Notes: generated by a model not told the origin, from the sequence alone. A DNA stretch of 64,000 bases from Actinobacteria bacterium UBA7524 (GCA_002478275.1 DLMY01000009.1:3161-67160), one strand, 5' to 3'; counted from the first letter of the stretch, positions 42,027 through 51,920 are shown. Numbers and translations are program-made.

Positions 42027-42965
42027 ATGGAGAACATCGACATCGCCATAGTGGGCGCCGGACCTGCCGGCCTGACCGCAGCACTGTATGCCGCCCGAGC
42101 GCGAGCCAGGACGGTCGCGTTCGAACAGGGCATCCCCGGCGGTCAGATCGTGACCACGGACTGGGTCGAGAACTACCCTGGGTTCCCCAACGGCATATCA
42201 GGTCAGGCACTCGGTGACCTGATGCTCGCACAAGCCGAGGAGTTCGGTGCGGACGTCAAGCCTTTCTGCTCGATCACCAGGATCGAGCCGGACGATCTCG
42301 ACTTCATCCTGACCACCTCCGAGGAGGAGCGCTACAAGGCGCATGCGGTCATACTCGCCACCGGGGCGGTGCCTCGCAAGCTCGGGGTGCCTGGTGAGGT
42401 CGAATACACGGGCCGCGGAGTGTCCTGGTGCGCCACATGTGACGGGGCGCTGTTCAAGGACAAGACCGTCTGCGTGGTCGGAGGCGGGGATGCCGCGATC
42501 GAAGAAGCGCTGTTCCTCACTAAGTTCGCATCGAAGGTCCACGTGATCCACCGCAGGGACGAGCTGCGAGCGACCAAGTGCATCCAGGAGCGCTGCCTTG
42601 CCCACGACAAGATCGAGGTCCAGTGGAGCAGGGCAGTGCGAGAGATCAAGGGCGAGAACGGCAGGGTCGTGGGCGTGGACCTCATCTCGACCAAAGGTGA
42701 ACCCGGATTCTACCTTCCCGTCGAAGGGGTCTTCATCTTCGTGGGCGTGAATCCCGTGAACGAGTTGGCCCAGGACCTCGTCGACATGAGCGATAACGGG
42801 TACATCACAATAGACCACGACGGCCGAACCTCATGGCCGGGTCTCTATGCCGCAGGAGACGTGACCGATTCGAGCCTCAAGCAAGTGGTCACCGCGGCAG
42901 CCAAGGGCGCTTCGGCGGCGTTCGAGGCTTTGAGGTACATAGATGAGAGAGTCTGCTCCATCTGA
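42027..42965 (+). CDS. trxB: Thioredoxin-disulfide reductase
   Basis: GAGPAG, VENYPGF, CATCDG, GGGDAA, AAGD. Confidence 0.97.
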   Translation: MENIDIAIVGAGPAGLTAALYAARARARTVAFEQGIPGGQIVTTDWVENYPGFPNGISGQALGDLMLAQAEEFGADVKPFCSITRIEPDDLDFILTTSEEERYKAHAVILATGAVPRKLGVPGEVEYTGRGVSWCATCDGALFKDKTVCVVGGGDAAIEEALFLTKFASKVHVIHRRDELRATKCIQERCLAHDKIEVQWSRAVREIKGENGRVVGVDLISTKGEPGFYLPVEGVFIFVGVNPVNELAQDLVDMSDNGYITIDHDGRTSWPGLYAAGDVTDSSLKQVVTAAAKGASAAFEALRYIDERVCSI

Positions 42966-42999
42966 CGGCGACGCCGTACGGCGAAGGGAGTCATCCATC

Positions 43000-43326
43000 A
43001 TGGGAGATATCGTTCAGGTCACGGATGCCAGCTTCGACACCGATGTCATCGGTAGTCCAACACCGGTGATACTCGACTTCTGGGCGCCATGGTGTGGCCC
43101 GTGCCGGATGATGGAGCCCGTGCTCAAGGAGATCGCCGAGGAATACGGCGAGAAGCTGACCGTCGCCAAGCTCAATGTGGACGAAAACCCCGGCACCGCC
43201 ACGAAGTACGACATCCTCTCGATACCGAGCCTGTTGGTCTTCGCGAACGGCGAGATGACCAAGAAACTGGTAGGGGCTATGCCCAAGAAGCGCCTTCTGG
43301 AAGAGCTTGCCCCCTGGATCGGATGA
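43000..43326 (+). CDS. trxA: Thioredoxin
   Basis: DFWAPWCGPC, SIPSL. Confidence 0.97.
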   Translation: MGDIVQVTDASFDTDVIGSPTPVILDFWAPWCGPCRMMEPVLKEIAEEYGEKLTVAKLNVDENPGTATKYDILSIPSLLVFANGEMTKKLVGAMPKKRLLEELAPWIG

Positions 43327-43395
43327 CACTCACTTCCTGGCCTTTCCGTCAGGGGTGACGCGGCACCGGCCAGGGCAACGACACGGAGGGTTTCC

Positions 43396-43641
43396 ATGTG
43401 TGAGAAAGGCGTCAATCCGGACCAGATGCGGATGATGGTCGCGCAAGTCGATGACTCATTGGCCATGGCCCAGCAGTGGCTCGAGCAGATCCACCACCTG
43501 GCGGACCACGCCGGGCTGCACGATGGCAGCGTGCTGGTTGCGCAGACCACGGTTCTCCTCGGCGAAGCCAGGGCAAGACTGGAGTCCGCCGGGAATGAGA
43601 TGGCCTCCCCCGACGACGGCGTCACCGTAGAGCGTGTCTAG
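43396..43641 (+). CDS. Small helical His-containing hypothetical protein
   Basis: GGAGG RBS; MCEKG start; IHHLADHAGLHD. Confidence 0.65.
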   Translation: MCEKGVNPDQMRMMVAQVDDSLAMAQQWLEQIHHLADHAGLHDGSVLVAQTTVLLGEARARLESAGNEMASPDDGVTVERV

Positions 43642-43701
43642 CTTCCGGTGGACCCGCGGAACGGTCGGGGTATTCCCGGTTCGCACTGATACAATCGAAG
43701 C

Positions 43702-44352
43702 GTGAAGAAATCCCGCCAGATAAAGCACACGCTGCACAAGCGCGACTCGGAGACGGCTCCCCTTTATTTCGAGTGCCCAAAGTGCGGTTTCCTGACCGCC
43801 GACGAACGTTTCGGAGCAGACCAGATCCTCTGTCCGGTATGCTCCGCCCATGGCGACGGACGGCGCACCTTCCCGCCAGAACGTCTGCGGCGCCTCGACA
43901 CCCGGATCCGCAAGTACCAGAGGGACGGCGAGCACGAGATCGTCGTCATCCTGGTCGAGACGTTCCTGGAGTCCATCCTGGAAGACATCATCGACCGTAT
44001 CCTGACCGCTCGCGGCGCGGACGTGACCGTGCGCGAGGTCGTGCTGGACGGCCAGCGCGCGATAGGGGCCCGGATAGGCAGGCTCTTCCCTCACCTGACC
44101 GGAGAGGTCTTCGAGGATGCCGCGTCCGAACTGGGATACCGGGACTTCCCCCGACGATGGCGGGACCTGCGCTCGGCACGCAACGCCTTCATCCACGACT
44201 CCCCGTTCCGGGGGCCTCAAGAGTCCCTGACCGCGCGGGACGGAATCACGGCGATGGAGCTCCTCGACCAGGCGTACGAGCTGTTCGTGCTGCTCAACAA
44301 CCGTTTTGTCGCGCATGAGAAGCCCGATGTGCCCTTCTGCGAACGAGGCTGA
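43702..44352 (+). CDS. Zinc-ribbon + HEPN-like domain protein
   Basis: CPKC...CPVC; helical domain with ILVETFLESIL and RNAFIH (Rx4H); TGaTACAAT 6 nt before the GTG. Confidence 0.7.
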   Translation: MKKSRQIKHTLHKRDSETAPLYFECPKCGFLTADERFGADQILCPVCSAHGDGRRTFPPERLRRLDTRIRKYQRDGEHEIVVILVETFLESILEDIIDRILTARGADVTVREVVLDGQRAIGARIGRLFPHLTGEVFEDAASELGYRDFPRRWRDLRSARNAFIHDSPFRGPQESLTARDGITAMELLDQAYELFVLLNNRFVAHEKPDVPFCERG

Positions 44353-46726
44353 CGCCCACCGCGCAGTCCTGCTGCACGTGACCGGCGTCGTTCAGGGTGT
44401 CGGATTCCGTCCGCACGTCCACAACCTCGCGACGAGACTTGGATTGACCGGCTGGGTCCTCAACTCGAGCGAGGGCGTCTCGTGCTTCGTCCAGGGTCCC
44501 GCCTCCGCGGTCGGATACTTCATAGAGAAGCTCGTGAGCGAAGCCCCGCCTGTGGCGGTGATCGATTCGCTCACCGCCACCGAGAGCATGCCGGAGCCCC
44601 TCTCCGGTTTCGAGATCCGTGAGTCGAAGCGCCTGGACGGTGCGATGACGCTCGTCTCACCCGACATCGCCACCTGCGACAGGTGTGTCGCCGAGCTACG
44701 CGACCCTGGAGACCGGCGATTCCATTACCCCTTCATCAACTGCACGAACTGCGGTCCGCGGTTCACAATCATCGATGACGTGCCCTACGACCGTCCCACG
44801 ACGACGATGCGCGACTTCCCGATGTGCCCCGAGTGCGCCGAGGAATACGCCGACCCCGCTGACAGGCGCTTTCACGCACAACCCGATGCTTGCTTCGCTT
44901 GTGGACCCCGGCTGTACCTCAACGTCAACGGCGAACCGGACGCGGAGGCCGGGGAGAGCGCGCGAGCCGGGACGGGATTCACCTGGCATCCGGGACTGGA
45001 GCAGGTCCCACGGCCTCACCGGGATGTCCACGCCGAGAGGGAGCGCAGCGACGCGATCCTGGCCCAGGCTGCGCTGCTGCTCAAAGGTGGACGCATCCTG
45101 GCGGTCAAGGGACTCGGGGGGTTCCACCTTGCCTGCGACGCGACCGACGAGCGAAACGTTTCCCTGCTGCGGCAGCGCAAGAACCGTTGGGGCAAGCCTC
45201 TCGCGGTCATGATGCGCGATGTGGAGGAGGTCCGGACGTACTGTGAGGTCGACCCGCAGGAGGAAGCTCTGCTCACCGGTAGTGCACGCCCGATCGTACT
45301 GGTGCGCAAACGCATCGACCCCCCTGCCTCGCTGGCTCGCTCGGTCAGCGGCGACCTGCCCGAACTCGGCATCATGCTCCCCTACACACCTCTCCACCAC
45401 CGCCTGCTCGACGCTGCCGGAGTGCCGCTCGTGATGACTTCCGGCAATCTGTCCGAGGAACCCATCGCTGCGAACAACCAGGAAGCCCTTGAGAGGCTCG
45501 CCCGGATCGCCGACGCCTTCTTGCTGCACGACAGGGAGATACGTTCGAGATACGACGACAGCGTCATGCGCGTGATCGGCGGGACACAGGTACCGGTCCG
45601 CCGGGCCCGCAGCTACGCCCCATACCCCCTGGCCATGCCGCATCCCGCTGCCCGTCAGATTCTCGCAGTCGGACCCGAGCAGAAGAACACGTTCACTCTC
45701 GCCCACGGGGAGCACGCCTTCGTCTCCCAACACATCGGCGACCTGGACGATCGCGAGACCCTCGCGCACTTCGAAGACACGATCGCGCTGTACGGGCGCC
45801 TGTTCCGGATCGAGCCCGAGCTGCTGGCTCACGACATGCACCCCGAGTACCTCTCCACCAAGTACGCGCTCGCATCAGATCTGCCCAGGACAGCGGTCCA
45901 ACACCACCACGCCCACATCGCGTCTGTCACCGCTGAGCACGGGATCGACGGTCCAGTCGCCGGAATCGCCTTCGACGGCACCGGCTTCGGCACCGACGGC
46001 AGCATATGGGGCGGCGAGGTGCTGCTTGCAGACCACCGGGGATTCGAGCGGTTCGCGCACCTCGCCTACGTGCCGATGCCCGGCGGCTCGGCGGCGATCC
46101 GACGGCCGGCGCGGATGGCGATAGGCACGCTGCACGCCCTCGGGCTCCTCGACCACCCTGGCGTGGACCCGCTCCGGGCACGCCTGAAGGAGAACGAGGA
46201 GACGACACTGCTGGCCATGCTGGACCAGGGGATCAACAGCCCGTTGACCTCCAGCATGGGCCGGCTGTTCGACACCGTTGCGGCGGTGACGGGGCTGCGT
46301 GACGAAGCGGGATACGAAGGAGAGGCCGCCATCGAGCTTGAGGCACACGCCGACCCGTCGGCCGTAGGTGCCTACGCGTTCGAGACGGCGATGCGGGACG
46401 GGGTGCGGATCATCGACCCGAGTCCGGTTCTCCTCGGCGTGCTTGATGATATCGAGTCCGGTGCGTCGCTTGCGGAGATGTCGATGCGCTTCCATCGGGC
46501 GGTGGTGAACGCTATAGTCGAGCTCGGATGCGCTGCGGCCCGCGAGACGGACAGCCCGCATGTGGCACTGGCGGGCGGCGTGTTCATGAACCGCATCGTG
46601 CTGGAGGGTGCGGTGACGGCTCTGGCCTCAGTGGGATGTACGCCGCTTGTGCACGTACGACTGCCGATGAACGACGGAGCCATCTCGTACGGGCAGGCCG
46701 TGATAGCCGAAGCGCTCAGCAGATAG
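44327..46726 (+). CDS. hypF: Carbamoyltransferase HypF
   Basis: GVVQGVGFRP, two zinc fingers, KGLGGFHLAC, QHHHAH, DGTGFG, ND.AISYGQ. Confidence 0.97.
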   Translation: MCPSANEADAHRAVLLHVTGVVQGVGFRPHVHNLATRLGLTGWVLNSSEGVSCFVQGPASAVGYFIEKLVSEAPPVAVIDSLTATESMPEPLSGFEIRESKRLDGAMTLVSPDIATCDRCVAELRDPGDRRFHYPFINCTNCGPRFTIIDDVPYDRPTTTMRDFPMCPECAEEYADPADRRFHAQPDACFACGPRLYLNVNGEPDAEAGESARAGTGFTWHPGLEQVPRPHRDVHAERERSDAILAQAALLLKGGRILAVKGLGGFHLACDATDERNVSLLRQRKNRWGKPLAVMMRDVEEVRTYCEVDPQEEALLTGSARPIVLVRKRIDPPASLARSVSGDLPELGIMLPYTPLHHRLLDAAGVPLVMTSGNLSEEPIAANNQEALERLARIADAFLLHDREIRSRYDDSVMRVIGGTQVPVRRARSYAPYPLAMPHPAARQILAVGPEQKNTFTLAHGEHAFVSQHIGDLDDRETLAHFEDTIALYGRLFRIEPELLAHDMHPEYLSTKYALASDLPRTAVQHHHAHIASVTAEHGIDGPVAGIAFDGTGFGTDGSIWGGEVLLADHRGFERFAHLAYVPMPGGSAAIRRPARMAIGTLHALGLLDHPGVDPLRARLKENEETTLLAMLDQGINSPLTSSMGRLFDTVAAVTGLRDEAGYEGEAAIELEAHADPSAVGAYAFETAMRDGVRIIDPSPVLLGVLDDIESGASLAEMSMRFHRAVVNAIVELGCAAARETDSPHVALAGGVFMNRIVLEGAVTALASVGCTPLVHVRLPMNDGAISYGQAVIAEALSR

Positions 46727-46756
46727 GCCGCGGACCCGAGAAGGAGGAACGAGGAC

Positions 46757-47008
46757 ATGTGCCTCGCGATACCCGCACAGATCACCTCGATCGAGGCGAA
46801 CAACATGGCCAAGGTCGATATCCTCGGCGTGATCAGGCACGTCAGCGTGGACCTGGTCCCGGAGGCTAAGCCCGGGGACTGGGTGCTCGTGCACGCCGGC
46901 TTCGCGATCCAGGTCGTCGACGAGGAGTACGCCGCCGAGACACTGCAGATCCTGCGCGACATCAACGTGATCGATACGGACCTCGAACCGGCCGCCGGGG
47001 AGAGCTGA
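46757..47008 (+). CDS. hypC: Hydrogenase maturation chaperone HypC
   Basis: MCLAIP, GDWVLVHAGFA. Confidence 0.97.
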   Translation: MCLAIPAQITSIEANNMAKVDILGVIRHVSVDLVPEAKPGDWVLVHAGFAIQVVDEEYAAETLQILRDINVIDTDLEPAAGES

Positions 47009-47009
47009 C

Positions 47010-48107
47010 GTGGACCTTTCCGGCTTCAGGGACCCCGGCATCGCGCGCGGGATCATCGAAGCGCTCGCGGAGACAGCGACCACACCCGTCAAGTTCATGG
47101 AGGTCTGCGGCACGCACACCGTAGCGATAGCCAAGCACGGCCTTCGTGGCGTGATGCCGGAGGCGATCACGCTGCTCTCGGGCCCGGGATGCCCTGTGTG
47201 CGTCACGAGCAACCGCGACATCGACACCGCCATCGAGTTCGCGCGGCGGCCGAACGTGATACTCGCGACCTTCGGCGACATGATGAAGGTGCCCGGCTCG
47301 CACTCCTCGCTCTCGGCGGAGAAGGCGCAGGGGCGCGACGTGCGCATCGTCTACTCCCCTCTCGACGCGCTCGACATCGCCGAGGAGAACCCGGACCGCC
47401 ATGTCGTCTTCGTGGGCGTCGGCTTCGAGACGACCGTGCCCGTGATCGCGGTCGCGATCGAACACGCGATGCGCCGCGACATCGACAACTTCAGCGTCTT
47501 CTCGGCGCACAAGACGGTGCCCGAGGCGCTGCGCGCACTCGTCAACGATCCCGAGGTCGCGGTGGGCGGCTTCATCCTCCCCGGCCACGTCTCGACGATC
47601 ATCGGTACCGGACCCTACGGCTTCCTCGCCGAGGAGTACGGTGTGCCCAGCGTCATCACAGGATTCGAACCTGTGGACGTGCTGCAGGGCATCCTGATGC
47701 TCACCAAGCAGGTAGCCGAAGGACGCGCGGAGGTCGAGGTCGCCTACACCCGCGCGGTGCCGACGCAAGGCAACCCCGTCGCGGTGGCGAAGATCGCGCA
47801 GGTGTTCGAGGCGGTCGACGCCGAATGGCGCGGCATCGGCACGATCCCCGGAACCGGGCTTGCGATCCGGGAGACCTACGCGCACTGCGACGCCGAGCTG
47901 CGGGTGCCGGTCACACCGCCGGAGCCGAAAGAGATCGCGGGCTGTCAGTGCGGCGAAGTGCTCCGGGGCGTGACGCTGCCCTTCGAGTGCAGGCTGTTCG
48001 CACGTGCGTGCACACCGGAGCACCCTGTCGGCCCGTGCATGGTCTCCTCGGAAGGATCCTGCGCGGCATATCACCGGTTCACCGACTACGGGAAGGCGGG
48101 CCGATGA
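47010..48107 (+). CDS. hypD: Hydrogenase maturation protein HypD
   Basis: MEVCGTH, GPGCPVC, GFETT, PGHVS, GPCMVSSEGSC. Confidence 0.97.
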   Translation: MDLSGFRDPGIARGIIEALAETATTPVKFMEVCGTHTVAIAKHGLRGVMPEAITLLSGPGCPVCVTSNRDIDTAIEFARRPNVILATFGDMMKVPGSHSSLSAEKAQGRDVRIVYSPLDALDIAEENPDRHVVFVGVGFETTVPVIAVAIEHAMRRDIDNFSVFSAHKTVPEALRALVNDPEVAVGGFILPGHVSTIIGTGPYGFLAEEYGVPSVITGFEPVDVLQGILMLTKQVAEGRAEVEVAYTRAVPTQGNPVAVAKIAQVFEAVDAEWRGIGTIPGTGLAIRETYAHCDAELRVPVTPPEPKEIAGCQCGEVLRGVTLPFECRLFARACTPEHPVGPCMVSSEGSCAAYHRFTDYGKAGR

Positions 48108-49114
48108 AAGCCGACCGGATACTGCTGGCCCACGGCAGCGGCGGAACGATGATGCGGGAGCTGGTCGAGGACGTGTTCGTGGCGGACTTCGCAGACGAAG
48201 CGCTCTCTCGGATGGACGATGCGGCCACGCTTGAGATGCCGCCCGGTCGTATCGCCATGTCGACCGATACGTACGTGGTCGATCCCGTGTTCTTCCCCGG
48301 AGGCGATATCGGGCGTCTGGCCGTCTGCGGGACCGTGAACGACGTGGCGACCTCGGGCGCCCGTGTACTCTACCTCACGGTGGGCTTCGTGCTGGAGGAA
48401 GGCTTTCCCGTCGAGGACCTCAGACGCATCCTGGTCTCGATGCGCGAATGTGCGGCCGAAGCCGGCGTGCGCATCGTGGCCGGCGACACCAAAGTGGTGC
48501 AGAAAGGGCACGGCGACGGTGTCTACATCAACACCGCCGGGGTGGGTGTGCTGCCCGAAGGCCTCGACCTCACAGGCTCGGGGTGTCGGCCAGGCGACCG
48601 CGTCCTGCTCTCAGGCACGCTGGGCGACCACGGCATCACCGTCATCTCCCAGCGTGAGGGACTGCGCTTCTCGACCGACCTGCGCACCGACGCCGCGCCA
48701 CTGAACCATCTCGTCGCGGCGGTGCTTGCGGCGGCGCCCGGAACTCGCTGCTTCCGCGACCCCACCAGGGGTGGACTGGCGAGCACTCTCAACGAGCTCG
48801 CAGCAGCCTCGGGAGTCTCGATCACCGTCGAGGAAGACGCGGTGCCCGTGCACGACCAGGTGCGCGGAGCCTGCGAGATGCTGGGCTACGATGTGTTCCA
48901 CGTCGCGAACGAGGGCAAGATGGTCGCGGTGGTACCGGCCGAGCAGGCCGGGTCTGCGCTCGAGGCGATGCGAGCGGCGCCCTACGGGGAGAATGCAGCC
49001 CTGATCGGTGCGGTGGCTGCAGAGGATGCCGGACGCGTCTACGTCCACACCTCGTTCGGATCGACGCGCATCATGGACATGCTCGTCGGCGAGCAGCTGC
49101 CGAGGATCTGCTAG
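48104..49114 (+). CDS. hypE: Hydrogenase maturation protein HypE
   Basis: HGSGG, GTVND, RDPTRGG, ANEG, C-terminal LPRIC. Confidence 0.97.
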   Translation: MKADRILLAHGSGGTMMRELVEDVFVADFADEALSRMDDAATLEMPPGRIAMSTDTYVVDPVFFPGGDIGRLAVCGTVNDVATSGARVLYLTVGFVLEEGFPVEDLRRILVSMRECAAEAGVRIVAGDTKVVQKGHGDGVYINTAGVGVLPEGLDLTGSGCRPGDRVLLSGTLGDHGITVISQREGLRFSTDLRTDAAPLNHLVAAVLAAAPGTRCFRDPTRGGLASTLNELAAASGVSITVEEDAVPVHDQVRGACEMLGYDVFHVANEGKMVAVVPAEQAGSALEAMRAAPYGENAALIGAVAAEDAGRVYVHTSFGSTRIMDMLVGEQLPRIC

Positions 49115-49127
49115 GCGCTGGCCCACC

Positions 49128-50090
49128 GTGAGCGCACGGAACGACAACGTCCGCGGACTGGCCTACATCGCGACCGCTGCCACCATCTGGGGTTCGATAG
49201 GGGTGTTCGTGCGCATGGTCGACGCGCATCCCGCGGTCATCGTGTTCTGGCGCGTCGCGTTCGCGGGCGTGACGATCGGACTGATCGCCGCTTTTCGAGG
49301 GCGCCTTGCCGAGCTTGCGTCGTTGCCGATGCGAAAACGTCTCGCACTCGCGGCCATGGGTGCTCTTCTCTCGCTGAACTGGGTGCTCTTCATGGCCGCA
49401 CTGCAGCTCACCGATGTCGCGATCGCCGTGCTTCTCGCCTACTGTGGCCCCGTGTTCGTGGCCGCCCTGACCCCACTCGTGATGAAGGAGCCGTTCGACA
49501 AGAGGGTACTCTTCCCCCTGGCTCTCGCTTTGACCGGGACGGTCATCATCGTGAGTCCGGCCGATATCACTTTCACCGGGGGCACCTCGGCGATCGGCGC
49601 TTCATTGGCGTTCTCCTCGGCGATCACCTACGCCGTACTCGTGCTCAACGCGAAACGGCTGCTCAAGGGCATCTCCGCGACCGTCTACATGCTCGGTGAG
49701 TATGCGGCCGCCGGCGTTCTGCTCCTGCCCGCTGTGTTCCTGTTCAAAGGACCCGTCACACCGGTCCACTGGCTCGCTCTGCTGTTCCTGGGTGTGGTCA
49801 CCACGGGCCTGACCGGACTGCTGTTCCTGTCGGGGCTCAGACATGTACGCGCCGACCACGCGGCCATTCTCACGTACGCCGAACCCGTGAGCGCGGTCGC
49901 GTTCGCGGCGGCGTTCCTCGGCGAGTCGGTAACGACCGCCACACTCATCGGTGGGCTCGCGGTACTCGCGGGAGGACTCGCGGTCACCCGCCTGAAAGGC
50001 GGCGCAAGCGTCGAGGGGCCACCCGTCCTGATCGATGTAGACGCTCATAGCTCGGATGAACCGGGCGGACCCAAAAGGGAAGATACCTGA
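49128..50090 (+). CDS. EamA/DMT-family transporter
   Basis: About 10 TM segments, IWGS, YAEPVSA. Confidence 0.88.
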   Translation: MSARNDNVRGLAYIATAATIWGSIGVFVRMVDAHPAVIVFWRVAFAGVTIGLIAAFRGRLAELASLPMRKRLALAAMGALLSLNWVLFMAALQLTDVAIAVLLAYCGPVFVAALTPLVMKEPFDKRVLFPLALALTGTVIIVSPADITFTGGTSAIGASLAFSSAITYAVLVLNAKRLLKGISATVYMLGEYAAAGVLLLPAVFLFKGPVTPVHWLALLFLGVVTTGLTGLLFLSGLRHVRADHAAILTYAEPVSAVAFAAAFLGESVTTATLIGGLAVLAGGLAVTRLKGGASVEGPPVLIDVDAHSSDEPGGPKREDT

Positions 50091-50125
50091 GAGAAGCCAA
50101 TGGAACGTGCCTACCAGGAGGTCGA

Positions 50126-51772
50126 ATGAGCGCCATCGAACGGCTCGTCGCGGATGACGCGGTACGCAGGCTGACCGAACGAGACCCTTCCCTCTACACC
50201 GACCAGCTCGACATGCGCCAGGCGATCACTCACAGACTCGGCTGGACGGACCTCGCACAACGAGCGCCTTCGCGCATCCCGCTCGCGGAGAACCTGGCCC
50301 GACAGGTAGTCGAAGAGGGTGCGACGGACGTGGTACTCCTCGGCATGGGGGGGTCGTCACTGACAGCGCTCGTGTTCGCGCAGGTCCTGGGCAGCGCGGA
50401 GGGGATGCCGCAGCTTCACGTGATGGACACCACCGACCCTTCGGCCGTGCTCGGCCTGCTGGAGCGACTGGATCGCCGGAGCACGTACTTCTTGCTCTCC
50501 AGCAAGTCGGGCACGACCATCGAGCCGCTGTCGCTCTACCGGATCTTCCGGCAGTGGATGGACGATGAGCTCGGCCGCCCCGCTGCAGGCAGGCACTTCA
50601 TCGCCATCACGGACCCGGGCAGCCCTCTCGAGGAGTTGCGCCGACACGACGTCATGCGCCAGGCGGTCGCAGCTCCTGCCAACGTCGGCGGCCGCTTCTC
50701 GGCGCTGAGCGTGTTCGGCCTGGTACCCGCCGCCATGCTTGGCGCGGATCTGTCCGCGATCGTAGGCAAGGCGCTTGAGATGGAGACCGCCTGCTCGCTT
50801 CCCGCCGAGGAGAACCCTGGTGCGTCGCTGGCCGCATGGATCGCTGATGCCCATGCGGATGGACGAGACAAACTCACGCTGGTCATCTCGCAGCCTTACG
50901 CTTCGTTCGGGCTGTGGGTTGAGCAGCTCGTCGCAGAGTCGACCGGCAAGCACGGCGTGGGCGTGGTGCCGATCATCGACTACGCCGCTGCCGCTCCGGA
51001 ATCGTACGGACCGGACCGTGCGTTCGTGACCATGGGATCGGCGCAGGACGCGAAGCTTGAAGAATTCGCCACGGCTCAAGCGGCCGCCGGTGCTCCGACC
51101 TTCGAGATCACCCTCGATGGTCCTGAGGACATAGGCGCGGAGTTCGTGCGATGGGAGTTCGCCGTCGCGTTCCTTGGCCACCTCTTAAGCATCAACCCGT
51201 TCGATGAGCCCAATGTGTCCGAGGCAAAAGAGGCGACTGCGGCGGTCCTCGCGGGTCAGAAGGATGTCCCCCGGCCGGTCGCCGATATCGATGAGTTCGC
51301 AGTCACCTACTCCGGCGCTTTGAGCGGTGCGGCCGCCCCCGCCGACCTATCGACCGCCTTCGCACCCATTGTGGCCGGGCTCCAGCCAGGCGACTACCTG
51401 GCCGTCCTGGCCTACCTCCCCGACACGAACGAGTACCTGTCGCCCCTGCGGCACGCGCTCACCGAGATCTCGAGCTCGGCCAGGCTCGCCACATGCCTGG
51501 AGTTGGGTCCCCGCTACCTCCACTCGACCGGACAACTGCACAAGGGCGGCGCCGATAACGGTTTATTCGTGGTTCTGACCATGCAGGACTCCGGAGACCT
51601 GGAGATCCCCGGCTCCACCTACACCCTCGGTGAACTCTATCGGGCCCAGGCCGAAGGCGACCTGGTTACCCTGGCAAGCCTCGAGAGGCGTGTGATGCGA
51701 CTCCACATCGCAGGTGCCGACCCGGCCAGCACGAAGCGTGTCGGCGAGGCCATGATCGAAGCGTTCCGGTAG
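50126..51772 (+). CDS. pgi: Glucose-6-phosphate isomerase (actinobacterial/Tal-Pgi-type PGI domain)
   Basis: GMGGSS, SSKSGTT, GGRFSALS, QLVAESTGK, NPFDEPNV, GPRYLHSTGQLHKGG. Confidence 0.85.
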   Translation: MSAIERLVADDAVRRLTERDPSLYTDQLDMRQAITHRLGWTDLAQRAPSRIPLAENLARQVVEEGATDVVLLGMGGSSLTALVFAQVLGSAEGMPQLHVMDTTDPSAVLGLLERLDRRSTYFLLSSKSGTTIEPLSLYRIFRQWMDDELGRPAAGRHFIAITDPGSPLEELRRHDVMRQAVAAPANVGGRFSALSVFGLVPAAMLGADLSAIVGKALEMETACSLPAEENPGASLAAWIADAHADGRDKLTLVISQPYASFGLWVEQLVAESTGKHGVGVVPIIDYAAAAPESYGPDRAFVTMGSAQDAKLEEFATAQAAAGAPTFEITLDGPEDIGAEFVRWEFAVAFLGHLLSINPFDEPNVSEAKEATAAVLAGQKDVPRPVADIDEFAVTYSGALSGAAAPADLSTAFAPIVAGLQPGDYLAVLAYLPDTNEYLSPLRHALTEISSSARLATCLELGPRYLHSTGQLHKGGADNGLFVVLTMQDSGDLEIPGSTYTLGELYRAQAEGDLVTLASLERRVMRLHIAGADPASTKRVGEAMIEAFR

Positions 51773-51801
51773 TCGGCCCGTTTACCAGCTGCCGAACGAA
51801 A

Positions 51802-51906
51802 CGGAAGACGCCACCGGGACATGGTGACGCCTTCCGGGTCCGGACCCGAGCCCCTGGGACGTAGGGGCCGGGTCCGGGAGTCCAAACAGTCCCTGGGGGT
51901 AGGGAC
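51802..51906. repeat. Three consecutive hairpins with related G-rich loops
   Basis: Loops GGGACAT, GGGACGT and GGGGGT closed by CACC/GGTG, CCCCT/AGGGG and TCCCT/AGGGA; between convergent pgi and actP. Confidence 0.6.
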
Positions 51907-51920
51907 CATTTGACCGAGAT

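Noticed and set aside
47189-48103. Apparent 641-aa HypE with a long N-terminal extension
   Set aside because: The extension overlaps hypD in another frame; the true start is ATG 48104 overlapping the hypD stop.
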